Source: Acholeplasma laidlawii PG-8A
GTDB lineage: Bacteria; Bacillota_I; Bacilli_A; Acholeplasmatales; Acholeplasmataceae
NCBI RefSeq assembly: GCF_000018785.1
Contig: NC_010163.1
Span: forward strand, 990,001-1,022,000
DNA length: 32,000 nucleotides
Direction of reading: 5' to 3'
Shown: one piece after another, positions 1 to 7,927 of the stretch
Layout: every line of letters starts with the position of its first letter
Numbering within the stretch: position 1 is the first letter of the stretch
Notes under the pieces: model-generated
Seen by the model: only the letters and a program-made list of their open reading frames with translations
What the model was told of the DNA's origin: nothing
The model's database searches: none
Program-made: the position numbers and the translations under genes

Positions 1-301
1 GTCTCTCTGATTTACCAAACTCATTAATAATATCGGCAGCATCATCGGGCTCAAGATTTTGTACGACTAATACTTGTTCCTCTAAGCTTTGAGTTTGGAG
101 TAGTTCTGCTGCATGTTCCGGTTCTAGGTATGACAAAACATCAGCAAACTGCTCTGTAGGTAGAATTTGCTTTAATCTTTCTTGATATTCAGGTTTTAAT
201 TCTTTGAAGATTTCTACAATATCAAAACTGTGCATTTCTTCTAATGCTTGAAGGATATCCTTATCAGAAGCATCATTTAAAAGCATATCTTTAATATCCA
301 T
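1..301 (-). CDS. mgtE: Magnesium transporter MgtE, N-terminal part (3' end outside window)
   Basis: Manual reverse-complement translation from ATG at 301..299: MDIKDMLLNDASDKDILQALEEMHSFDIVEIFKELKPEYQERLKQILPTEQFADVLSYLEPEHAAELLQTQSLEEQVLVVLQNLEPDDAADIINEFGKSER; LEPEHAAELL/LEPDDAADII repeats are typical of the MgtE intracellular N domain; RBS-like AAAGGGATG upstream. Confidence 0.85.
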   Translation of the reverse strand, partial: MDIKDMLLNDASDKDILQALEEMHSFDIVEIFKELKPEYQERLKQILPTEQFADVLSYLEPEHAAELLQTQSLEEQVLVVQNLEPDDAADIINEFGKSER

Positions 302-510
302 ATTTACACATCCCTTTAATTCTTCAACCGTTATTTTTATTACTAAAATTTGGTAAAGTCTTCTATTATCAATGATATCATTTTTAAGCCCCATTTGTCC
401 ATTATGCTGTATGATGTTATTTTTTTATTGTTCTATCTAGTTCGGTTCTTCTTTGTTATACAAAGGTTTAATAAAACGAGTGTAAATTTACATATTATTT
501 CGTCTTAGCA

Positions 511-519
511 TGTTAAAAT
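511..519 (+). promoter_or_regulatory. Putative extended -10 promoter (TGTTAAAAT) for the nqr/rnf-like operon
   Basis: TG-T-TAAAAT about 30 nt upstream of the 550 start codon; no convincing -35 at 17 bp. Confidence 0.4.
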
Positions 520-549
520 AAATATAACAATACTTGAGAGGAAATTAAA

Positions 550-1497
550 ATGAATAAATCACAACAAAGTAGAATATTTGTTGCTAGCGCACTGTTCATA
601 CTACTGATAGCTGCTTCGTTTATTTTTGGAGCGACTGTTTTTATTGTGGGCGCACTGGCAATACTCACGTCTTTCGTGGTAGAAATACTTAGCACAAAAG
701 CTAGAAAAGAAACTTTTGATTGGACAAGTTTCTGGATCACACCACTTGTTATTACACTACTTACAACACCAACGATCATTGATCAAGTTTGGATGGTAAG
801 TATTGCTACAGCATTTGGGGTATTCTTTGCAAAATCCATATGGGGTGGGCAAGACAAGAACGTATTTAATCCAGCCATGGTTGGATTAATCTTCATTGCA
901 CTTGCATTTCCAATTTATGTTAATAATTTTCTAGAACCAGTATCTGGTTTGGCTTCTCCTCAGACTTTAGCTACAATCTTTAAAAATAGTCCAGGGCAAA
1001 TCATGACTACCTATTCCTTATGGGATGTCTTACTAGGAAACTATGCTGGAGCAATCGGTACTACATTTAAGTTGGGTATCATTATATTAGGTTTACTCAT
1101 GATGGTTGTAAGAATATCTGATTGGCGTATTCCACTAACCTTTGTAGGTACATATTTTGTATTATCACTCATCAATGGTTTTACAAAAACAGGTGTTAAT
1201 CCATTTATGTATGCAACTTACTCTATTTTAATGGGACACTTAATGTTTGCTGTCATGTTTGTTTCTACAGACCCACAAACTGCACCATTATACAATAAGG
1301 GTAAATTCATCTATGGAATTGGATTAGGATTTATCACTTGGATTATTCAAAATATTTGGGTTTTCAATCCTCTTGCACCAAATACTGAAGGTATTATCTA
1401 TTCTGTAACATTCATGAATGCTGTTGTAGGCTTAATTGATGTATGGACTGTACCTAAAGTAAAAGATATTCCTAACCTCGAGGAGGTAGCTATATGA
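550..1497 (+). CDS. nqrB: NqrB/RnfD-family membrane subunit of ion-pumping NADH-dependent redox complex
   Basis: 315 aa multi-TM; WGGQDKNVFNPAMVG matches the conserved NqrB/RnfD GG..NVFNPAM(V/A) motif; operon context; overlaps next gene by ATGA. Confidence 0.85.
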   Translation: MNKSQQSRIFVASALFILLIAASFIFGATVFIVGALAILTSFVVEILSTKARKETFDWTSFWITPLVITLLTTPTIIDQVWMVSIATAFGVFFAKSIWGGQDKNVFNPAMVGLIFIALAFPIYVNNFLEPVSGLASPQTLATIFKNSPGQIMTTYSLWDVLLGNYAGAIGTTFKLGIIILGLLMMVVRISDWRIPLTFVGTYFVLSLINGFTKTGVNPFMYATYSILMGHLMFAVMFVSTDPQTAPLYNKGKFIYGIGLGFITWIIQNIWVFNPLAPNTEGIIYSVTFMNAVVGLIDVWTVPKVKDIPNLEEVAI

Positions 1498-3464
1498 AAA
1501 AATATATTAGTATGTTAAGTTTCGTTCTTATCATGGGTATTGTATCTTCTGTTATTTTAATGGGTGCAGATATGATCACACGTGATAGAATTGCTAAAAA
1601 TGCAGAATATGCTTGGAAAACAGCTATATTAACGCATCATAATGTTGATTATACTGATGCAAACTTCGACGAAGTATTTCTAGAAACTTTTGAAGAAAGA
1701 ACTGCAGAAGACACTAATGGTAAGACAAGATACTTATATGTTCATAACCAAACTGGTGCAGTGAGTTATCAGTTCAGCGGTGGTGGCTTATGGGATACCA
1801 TAGCTGGTGTTATTACATTAGAAAGTGATTTCCAAACAATTGTTCAAATCACTGTTACTAAACAAGGAGAAACTCCAGGTTTAGGTGGTATTGTTGCAGA
1901 AAAACCTTATCTAGATAATTATGCTGGTAAGAAATTTGATGAATCCTTAGGGTTGGTGGCTGTTAAATCAGAACCTACTACAGATTATGAAGTAGATGCA
2001 ATTACCGGTGCTACTGGTACTTCTAATGCTTTTGTTGGTCTATTAAGTGTTGAATACCGCACTATGTTAGGTTTATTTGGAGATGTAAATCCATTATCCG
2101 TTGCTATGAAAGCTATTATGACTCATAATGATGTCGAGTTTACTGGCGAAAACTTTGAAAATGTATTTGCTCAAAACTTCGAAACAAATACAATCGATGA
2201 ATTAACACTATATACTCACAAAGTAAATGGCAACGTAAGTTTCACATTTACTGCTGGCGGATTTAACGGTCCAATTGATGCAGTTGTGACACTTGATCCA
2301 CTATTCGAAACAATTCTAGGTATCAAAGTACTTTCTCAATCAGAAGGTTGGGGCGCAGTTATTCAAACAAACCCAGCAGTATTAGAATACTTTGTAGGTA
2401 AGAAATTTGCACCTGACTTCGAATTATCTGATGATTTTGATGGTTTCGGTGGTGCTACAACGACTAGAAAGAATTTCGTATTAGGACTTAATGAAGCAAG
2501 AGATTTATATTATTCAATCTTTATTGATGGTGTAGATCCAAACATGGTTTGGAAACAAGCCCTTCTAACTAATAATGGTATTACTTCTACTGAAGCAGAT
2601 TATAAGACATTATTCAATCAAACATTTACTGTTGAAACACAAGGTGATTTAACACTTTATAGAAATAACGCAGACCAAAATATTAGTATGTTATTTGAAA
2701 CAGACGGTTTTGGTGGTGTTATTAAGGGTGTATTAACACTTGAAAATGATTTTTCAACAATTGTTTATATTACAATTTATCAACAATCCGAAACTTGGGG
2801 AGCTCGTATCCAAAATAACGCGGAATTCTTTGATGCTTATGTAGGTAAGAAGTTTGCTCCAACTATCTCATTTGTAGAAACTCCAGCAACCGATTCTGAA
2901 ATCGTTGATGGTTATGGTGGTGCAACTACAACTAAAGGCGCTATGCTTGAGATATTAAATTCAGTACGTGATACATATTACACTGCGTTCTTCGATCCAA
3001 ACATGGTTTGGAAAAAAGCAATGCTTGCAAATAACGGTGTTGAATCTACTGACTTAAATTATGAAACATTATTTGATACAACATTTAATGTAGAAACTTC
3101 TGGTGACTTAACATTATATACAAATAAGACAAATCAAAATGTAAGTTTCACATATGAAACAACAGGTTTTGTAGGTGACATTAAAGGTGTTATAACACTA
3201 GCTAGTGATTTTGAAACAATTGTTCGTATCAGTGTTTATGAACAACATGAAAAATGGGGTGCACGTATTCAAACAACCCTAACATTCTTTGATGCTTATG
3301 TTGGTAAGAAATTCTCACCAACAATCTCATTTGTAGAAACACCAACAACAGATTCTGAAATTGTTGATGGTTATGGTGGAGCTACTACAACTAAGGCTTC
3401 TATGTTAAACATTTTAAATGAGACAGTAGCAGCATACAAATTAGCATTTGCGGTGGAGGCATAA
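1494..3464 (+). CDS. NqrC/RnfG-like protein with four tandem FMN-bind-type repeats
   Basis: N-terminal hydrophobic helix; repeat 1 has ETPGLGG and DAITGATGTS (canonical FMN acceptor motif); repeats 2-4 carry GFGGATTTRK, GYGGATTTKG, GYGGATTTKA; about 150 aa periodicity. Confidence 0.85.
   Translation: MKKYISMLSFVLIMGIVSSVILMGADMITRDRIAKNAEYAWKTAILTHHNVDYTDANFDEVFLETFEERTAEDTNGKTRYLYVHNQTGAVSYQFSGGGLWDTIAGVITLESDFQTIVQITVTKQGETPGLGGIVAEKPYLDNYAGKKFDESLGLVAVKSEPTTDYEVDAITGATGTSNAFVGLLSVEYRTMLGLFGDVNPLSVAMKAIMTHNDVEFTGENFENVFAQNFETNTIDELTLYTHKVNGNVSFTFTAGGFNGPIDAVVTLDPLFETILGIKVLSQSEGWGAVIQTNPAVLEYFVGKKFAPDFELSDDFDGFGGATTTRKNFVLGLNEARDLYYSIFIDGVDPNMVWKQALLTNNGITSTEADYKTLFNQTFTVETQGDLTLYRNNADQNISMLFETDGFGGVIKGVLTLENDFSTIVYITIYQQSETWGARIQNNAEFFDAYVGKKFAPTISFVETPATDSEIVDGYGGATTTKGAMLEILNSVRDTYYTAFFDPNMVWKKAMLANNGVESTDLNYETLFDTTFNVETSGDLTLYTNKTNQNVSFTYETTGFVGDIKGVITLASDFETIVRISVYEQHEKWGARIQTTLTFFDAYVGKKFSPTISFVETPTTDSEIVDGYGGATTTKASMLNILNETVAAYKLAFAVEA
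1608..3464 (+). repeat. Four tandem in-gene repeats of about 450 bp (starts near 1608, 2089, 2541, 3000)
   Basis: Protein-level repeats; repeats 3 and 4 are nearly identical over FFDAYVGKKF(A/S)PTISFVETP(A/T)TDSEIVDGYGGATTTK, with matching DNA (aacatggtttggaaa; gttgatggttatggtgg). Confidence 0.85.
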
Positions 3465-3465
3465 T

Positions 3466-4125
3466 ATGGAAAACAATCAATCAATCTTACCTAAACCAAG
3501 TCGCTGGTTAAGACTCCAATACAAAAAATGGTTTCTCATACTTAAAAATGGTATTTCAGAAGAAAACCCAATTATTGTCTCAGTATTAGGTATCTGTTCA
3601 GCACTTGCTGTTACAAATAGAGTAGAAAATGCAATCGTCATGGGTATTGGTGTTACATTCGTTATCATGGCTTCTTCTATGATGGTCTCTATGATGCGTA
3701 ATCTCATCCCTTCAAAGGTACGTATGGTAGCTTTCATGGTTATTATTTCAATGTTTACTATCGTAGTTCAAATGTTCTTACAAGCATTCCTACCTGTAGT
3801 TGCTGCAAACCTTGGTGCATATACTGGTTTAATTATCACAAACTGTATTGTTATGGGTAGAGCAGAAGCATTTGCTATCAAAAATCCTGTTAAATATACT
3901 ATTATTGACGGTTTTGCTAACGGTATGGGTTATACCTTAGTATTAATTGCAATCGCTGCAGTTCGTGAGCCTTTAGCATTTGGAACATTCCTTGGTATGA
4001 GTATCCCTGGTTTTGATAACTGGATTAACTGGAACGTTATGGCGTTAGCACCTGGTGGTTTCTTCGTATTAACCTTATTAGCATGGTTAGTGCGTACATT
4101 AACCAAGAAATATGAAGAAGCGTAG
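3466..4125 (+). CDS. nqrD: NqrD/RnfE-family membrane subunit
   Basis: GICSALAVTNRVENAIVMG and NCIVMGRAEAFA motifs; likely start ATG 3466 with TGGAGG 3454-3459, rather than the TTG at 3448 given in the ORF track. Confidence 0.9.
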   Translation: MENNQSILPKPSRWLRLQYKKWFLILKNGISEENPIIVSVLGICSALAVTNRVENAIVMGIGVTFVIMASSMMVSMMRNLIPSKVRMVAFMVIISMFTIVVQMFLQAFLPVVAANLGAYTGLIITNCIVMGRAEAFAIKNPVKYTIIDGFANGMGYTLVLIAIAAVREPLAFGTFLGMSIPGFDNWINWNVMALAPGGFFVLTLLAWLVRTLTKKYEEA

Positions 4126-4138
4126 GAGGAGATAAAAC

Positions 4139-4723
4139 ATGGAATTAATTGAATTATTCTTAGCATCAATACTATCAAATAACATCGCCTTGATCTTCAT
4201 TTTAGGGATGTGTTCATTAATCGCTGTATCTACATCCATTAAAAACTCCGTCAACATGGGTGTTGCAGTTATCTTTGTTGTTACAATCACAGCTATAATT
4301 AACTGGCCAATTTATGAATTACTTAAAGCAACTGGTACAGAACAATTAGCATTATTAGTATTTATTATTGTTATTGCAGCATTTGTACAATTCTTAGAAA
4401 TGTTCTTAGCTAAATATTTTCCAAAGATTTACGAATCATTTGGTATATTCTTACCACTAATTACTGTTAACTGTATCGTATTATCTGTATCACTGTTTTT
4501 CCAACAAAGAAATTATGACTTCTTACAAACAACCGTATTTGCATTCGGTTCTTCAGTTGGTTGGACATTTGCAATGATCTTACTTGCAGGTGTTAGACAA
4601 AAAATGTACCGCGTATCTAACCTTCCAAAAGGTTTACGTGGTCGCGCGATTGCATTCTTAATTTTAGGGATCTTAGCATTAGCATTCATTGGCTTTACCG
4701 GTATCGGTAGAGTGTCATTTTAG
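4139..4723 (+). CDS. nqrE: NqrE/RnfA-family membrane subunit
   Basis: LGMCSLIAVSTSIKNSVNMG and LPLITVNCIVLSVSLF; AGGAGGA RBS upstream; 194 aa. Confidence 0.9.
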   Translation: MELIELFLASILSNNIALIFILGMCSLIAVSTSIKNSVNMGVAVIFVVTITAIINWPIYELLKATGTEQLALLVFIIVIAAFVQFLEMFLAKYFPKIYESFGIFLPLITVNCIVLSVSLFFQQRNYDFLQTTVFAFGSSVGWTFAMILLAGVRQKMYRVSNLPKGLRGRAIAFLILGILALAFIGFTGIGRVSF

Positions 4724-4732
4724 GAGGAAACT

Positions 4733-5809
4733 ATGGATCCATTATATACACCAATAATTCTTATTGGTTTACTCATCGTTGTTACACTTGTAGTTATCTT
4801 AGTTGATAAATTACTCGGTGGTGGTGGTGAACGTAAAATCACTGTTAATAAAGATAATGTCATTACAATCTCTGGTAGAGAAACAGCATTAAATGCATTA
4901 ACTAATAATAAAATTTTCTTACCTTCTTCTTGTGGTGGTAAAGCTACTTGTGGTACATGTAAATTTAGATTAGTTGACTGGCATGAAGCTCCAAAACCTA
5001 CAGAAATACCATTCTTATCAAAAGATGAAATTAGCGAAGGCGTTCGCTTATCATGTCAAGTGGTTGTCACTGAAGACATGCAAGTTGAAGTACCACCTTC
5101 CGTATTAAATGTTAAACCTTTCTATGGTAAAGTCGTTGAAGTTGAGCAATTAACACACGATATTAGACGTATTAAATTCGAAATGAAAGAAGATTTCGTA
5201 TTCAAACCAGGACAATACTTACAAATCGAAGTACCTGGTATTGAAACAACGAGAGCATACTCTATTGCATCAAATCCAAATGATTTAAGACACCCTGAGG
5301 TAATTATTCGTTTAGTACCAGGCGGTGTTGCAACTAAGTTTATTCATAAAGCTTTAGTTATAGGCGATACATTAAAAATTACAGGTCCATTTGGTGACTT
5401 CTTCTTACAAGAAGAGTCTACTCGCCCAATCATTATGATTGCTGGTGGTTCTGGTAAAGCTCCAATTCGTTCAATTATCTATAAATTAATTGAACAAAAC
5501 ATGCCAAGAAAAGCACAATACTTCTTTGGTGCAAGAACTAAAAAAGATTTATATTATACTAAAGAATTCAAAGATGTTGAAGCGATGTATCCAAACTTCA
5601 AATATATTCCAGCTTTATCTACACCACTTCCAGAAGATGAGTGGGATCTAGATATCGGTCTTATTACAGAAGTTGTTGCAAGACACACTGGTGATCTAAG
5701 TGGTCACGAAGCATATCTTTGTGGATCTCCTGGTATGATCGATGCATGTATTAAAGTATTAAGAGAAAAAGGTATGCCTGAAGAACATATCTACTTCGAT
5801 AAATTCTAA
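4733..5809 (+). CDS. nqrF: NqrF-like NADH oxidoreductase: N-terminal TM, plant-type 2Fe-2S domain, FAD/NAD(P)-binding reductase
   Basis: CGGKATCGTCK...LSCQ (C-x5-C-x2-C...C); RAYSIASNP flavin motif; IIMIAGGSGKAPIRS; FFGARTKKDLYY; CGSPGMIDACIKVL. Confidence 0.92.
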   Translation: MDPLYTPIILIGLLIVVTLVVILVDKLLGGGGERKITVNKDNVITISGRETALNALTNNKIFLPSSCGGKATCGTCKFRLVDWHEAPKPTEIPFLSKDEISEGVRLSCQVVVTEDMQVEVPPSVLNVKPFYGKVVEVEQLTHDIRRIKFEMKEDFVFKPGQYLQIEVPGIETTRAYSIASNPNDLRHPEVIIRLVPGGVATKFIHKALVIGDTLKITGPFGDFFLQEESTRPIIMIAGGSGKAPIRSIIYKLIEQNMPRKAQYFFGARTKKDLYYTKEFKDVEAMYPNFKYIPALSTPLPEDEWDLDIGLITEVVARHTGDLSGHEAYLCGSPGMIDACIKVLREKGMPEEHIYFDKF

Positions 5810-5816
5810 TTTTAAA

Positions 5817-5842
5817 GGTGAGCTTAATGCTCACCTTTTTAT
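5817..5842 (+). terminator. Rho-independent terminator after nqrF-like gene
   Basis: GGTGAGC-TTAAT-GCTCACC followed by TTTTTT. Confidence 0.85.
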
Positions 5843-5863
5843 TTTATGATATTCAGCTTATAA

Positions 5864-5895
5864 AAAAACTCACCTTATTTTGGGTGAGTTTTATA
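5864..5895 (-). terminator. Rho-independent terminator of V-type ATPase operon
   Basis: AACTCACC-TTATTTTG-GGTGAGTT with a T-run on the minus-strand side; just 3' of ntpD. Confidence 0.8.
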
Positions 5896-5896
5896 A

Positions 5897-6538
5897 TCAT
5901 TTTTGACTATCTAATTGTTTTTTTAAGATAAGATCTTTAGATTTCATGATACGTATTGTATTAGATAATTCTGCCTCGTTAATTTTCATTCGAACAACTT
6001 TAATGTCTTCCATAATTTCAGGAATTAGAATATGTTCAATCGCGTTTACACGGCGCTTAGTCTTTTCAATTTCTCTTATCAAGATACGGACTCTTTTATC
6101 CATTGCAGCAAGTTCAATAAACTTATCTAAATTACTTGCTAGATTTAGGACAATATCATCTAATATTGGATGTGTACCATGAAATGAGTACGTGATTTGA
6201 GGCTTTATAGTTTCTTTAATCTCAATTTTAGGTACTGTAACACTCATGACGGACTCTTTTTTATATTCAAGTTCTAGCGTTGTTGCAGGTACTAGAAATT
6301 TTTCACGTAATTCAGATTCATAATGAAACGCTTTAGCACTATCATACTTATCTAAGGCATCCAACCATTTATCTTCAACAAGCGTGCGTAAGACTTTATA
6401 TTGTTCAACCAGTTTTAAAAATTGGCGCATCATCTCATCTTGTTTATCCTTTAAAAGACGATGTCCCTTTCTTGTTGTAGCTAGTTGATTTTTTAATCTT
6501 GTAAGCTCCATTCTTGTTGCATTAGCGATATTTGGCAT
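5897..6538 (-). CDS. ntpD: V/A-type ATP synthase subunit D
   Basis: MPNIANATRMELTRLKNQLATTRKGHRLLKDKQDEMMRQF is characteristic of V/A subunit D. Confidence 0.95.
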   Translation of the reverse strand: MPNIANATRMELTRLKNQLATTRKGHRLLKDKQDEMMRQFLKLVEQYKVLRTLVEDKWLDALDKYDSAKAFHYESELREKFLVPATTLELEYKKESVMSVTVPKIEIKETIKPQITYSFHGTHPILDDIVLNLASNLDKFIELAAMDKRVRILIREIEKTKRRVNAIEHILIPEIMEDIKVVRMKINEAELSNTIRIMKSKDLILKKQLDSQK

Positions 6539-6543
6539 TGAAA

Positions 6544-7923
6544 TTACTCCTTAACTTTGTAGTATTTATCTAAGCGTTTATTAGAAATACGTTTCAATTC
6601 AGATCTTGGTAGAATATTTAATAATTTCCAACCTAGATCAAGTGTTTCTTCGATAGTTCTATTGGATTCATATCCTTGAGATAAGTATTCTTTTTCAAAC
6701 TTATCTGCAAATACTGCATAGAGTTTATCTGTATCAGATAATGCAGATTCACCGAGTACAGTTGCTAATTCTTTAGCTTCTTTACCACGTGCATAACTTG
6801 CAAATAATTGGTTTAATGTATCAGAGTGATCATCTCTTGTTTTACCTTCACCAATACCTTTATCTTTTAGACGAGATAAAGATGGTAAAACATCCACTGG
6901 TGGTTGTATACCTTTTTGATGTAAGCTTCTAGATAAAATAACTTGACCTTCTGTAATATATCCTGTTAAGTCAGGAATTGGGTGGGTCTTATCATCTTCT
7001 GGCATGGTAAGGATAGGTAATTGCGTAATAGAGCCTTTTTTGCCCTTTACACGACCTGCACGCTCATATAAAGACGAAAGGTCAGTATACATATAACCAG
7101 GGTAACCACGACGTCCTGGCACTTCTTTTCTCGCTGCTGAAATTTCTCTTAAGGACTCTGCATAGTTTGTAATATCAGTCATGATAATTAAAACGTGCAT
7201 ATCTAATTCATAAGCTAAATACTCAGCTGCTGTAATTGCCATACGAGGGGTTGCAATACGTTCAACTGCCGGGTCATTTGCAAGGTTTACAAACATGACT
7301 GTTCTATCGATTGCACCTGATTTTTTAAATTCCTCAATAAAGAAGTTTGACTCTTCAAATGTAATACCAATTGCAGCAAATACTACTGCAAAGTTATCCG
7401 TTGTACCAACAACTTTTGCATTTCTAGCAATCATTGCAGCTAGTTTATTATGAGGTAGTCCTGATCCTGAAAAGATTGGTAATTTTTGTCCACGAACAAG
7501 TGTATTTAATCCATCAATGGATGAAACTCCTGTTTGAATAAACTCAGATGGATAGTCTCTAGCTACCGGGTTTAGTGGTATACCATTAATATCCATTTTC
7601 ATTTCTGGAATGATTTTACCTTTACCATCTTTAGGTTCACCCATACCACTAAAGATACGGCCTAAAATGAGTGGAGATAAATCAAGTTCTAAACCATGAC
7701 CTAAGAATACTGCTTTAGCATCTTCTATTTTTAATCCTTGACTGGATTCAAATAATTGAACTAACGCTTTATCTTGATCAATTTCTAGGACACGCCCATA
7801 TCTGGTCGTACCATTAGCTAGTTTAACACGCACTGTTTCATCATACTTAACATTTTCAGTATGTGTTACAAGCATTAAGGGTCCAACGACTTCTTTGATT
7901 GTTTTATATTCTCTATTCGACAT
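6544..7923 (-). CDS. ntpB: V/A-type ATP synthase subunit B
   Basis: [89 protein letters not shown]. Confidence 0.97.
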   Translation of the reverse strand: MSNREYKTIKEVVGPLMLVTHTENVKYDETVRVKLANGTTRYGRVLEIDQDKALVQLFESSQGLKIEDAKAVFLGHGLELDLSPLILGRIFSGMGEPKDGKGKIIPEMKMDINGIPLNPVARDYPSEFIQTGVSSIDGLNTLVRGQKLPIFSGSGLPHNKLAAMIARNAKVVGTTDNFAVVFAAIGITFEESNFFIEEFKKSGAIDRTVMFVNLANDPAVERIATPRMAITAAEYLAYELDMHVLIIMTDITNYAESLREISAARKEVPGRRGYPGYMYTDLSSLYERAGRVKGKKGSITQLPILTMPEDDKTHPIPDLTGYITEGQVILSRSLHQKGIQPPVDVLPSLSRLKDKGIGEGKTRDDHSDTLNQLFASYARGKEAKELATVLGESALSDTDKLYAVFADKFEKEYLSQGYESNRTIEETLDLGWKLLNILPRSELKRISNKRLDKYYKVKE

Positions 7924-7927
7924 CGTT

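Noticed and set aside
302-510. Possible Mg2+ riboswitch (M-box/ykoK type) upstream of mgtE
   Set aside because: The leader was read on the minus strand and none of the conserved M-box blocks was recognisable. An Rfam/Infernal scan would be needed to be certain.
513-779. Minus-strand ORF overlapping nqrB-like gene, and similar overlapping ORFs at 3477, 3930, 4099, 5946, 8146, 9376, 14?-16314, 20599, 22161, 24976, 25743, 31188
   Set aside because: They are antisense to, or out of frame with, genes that have strong family motifs. They lack RBS support and show no recognisable domain, so they are shadow ORFs.
1494-1497. Possible Mycoplasma-type code (UGA = Trp)
   Set aside because: nqrB-like gene ends with TGA in an ATGA overlap with the next start, and Trp codons are TGG in all proteins read, so the standard code applies.
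1608-3464. Tandem repeats as a CRISPR or non-coding repeat array
   Set aside because: Repeats are long (about 450 bp), imperfect, in frame and encode a protein domain; no CRISPR-type short repeats seen anywhere in the window.
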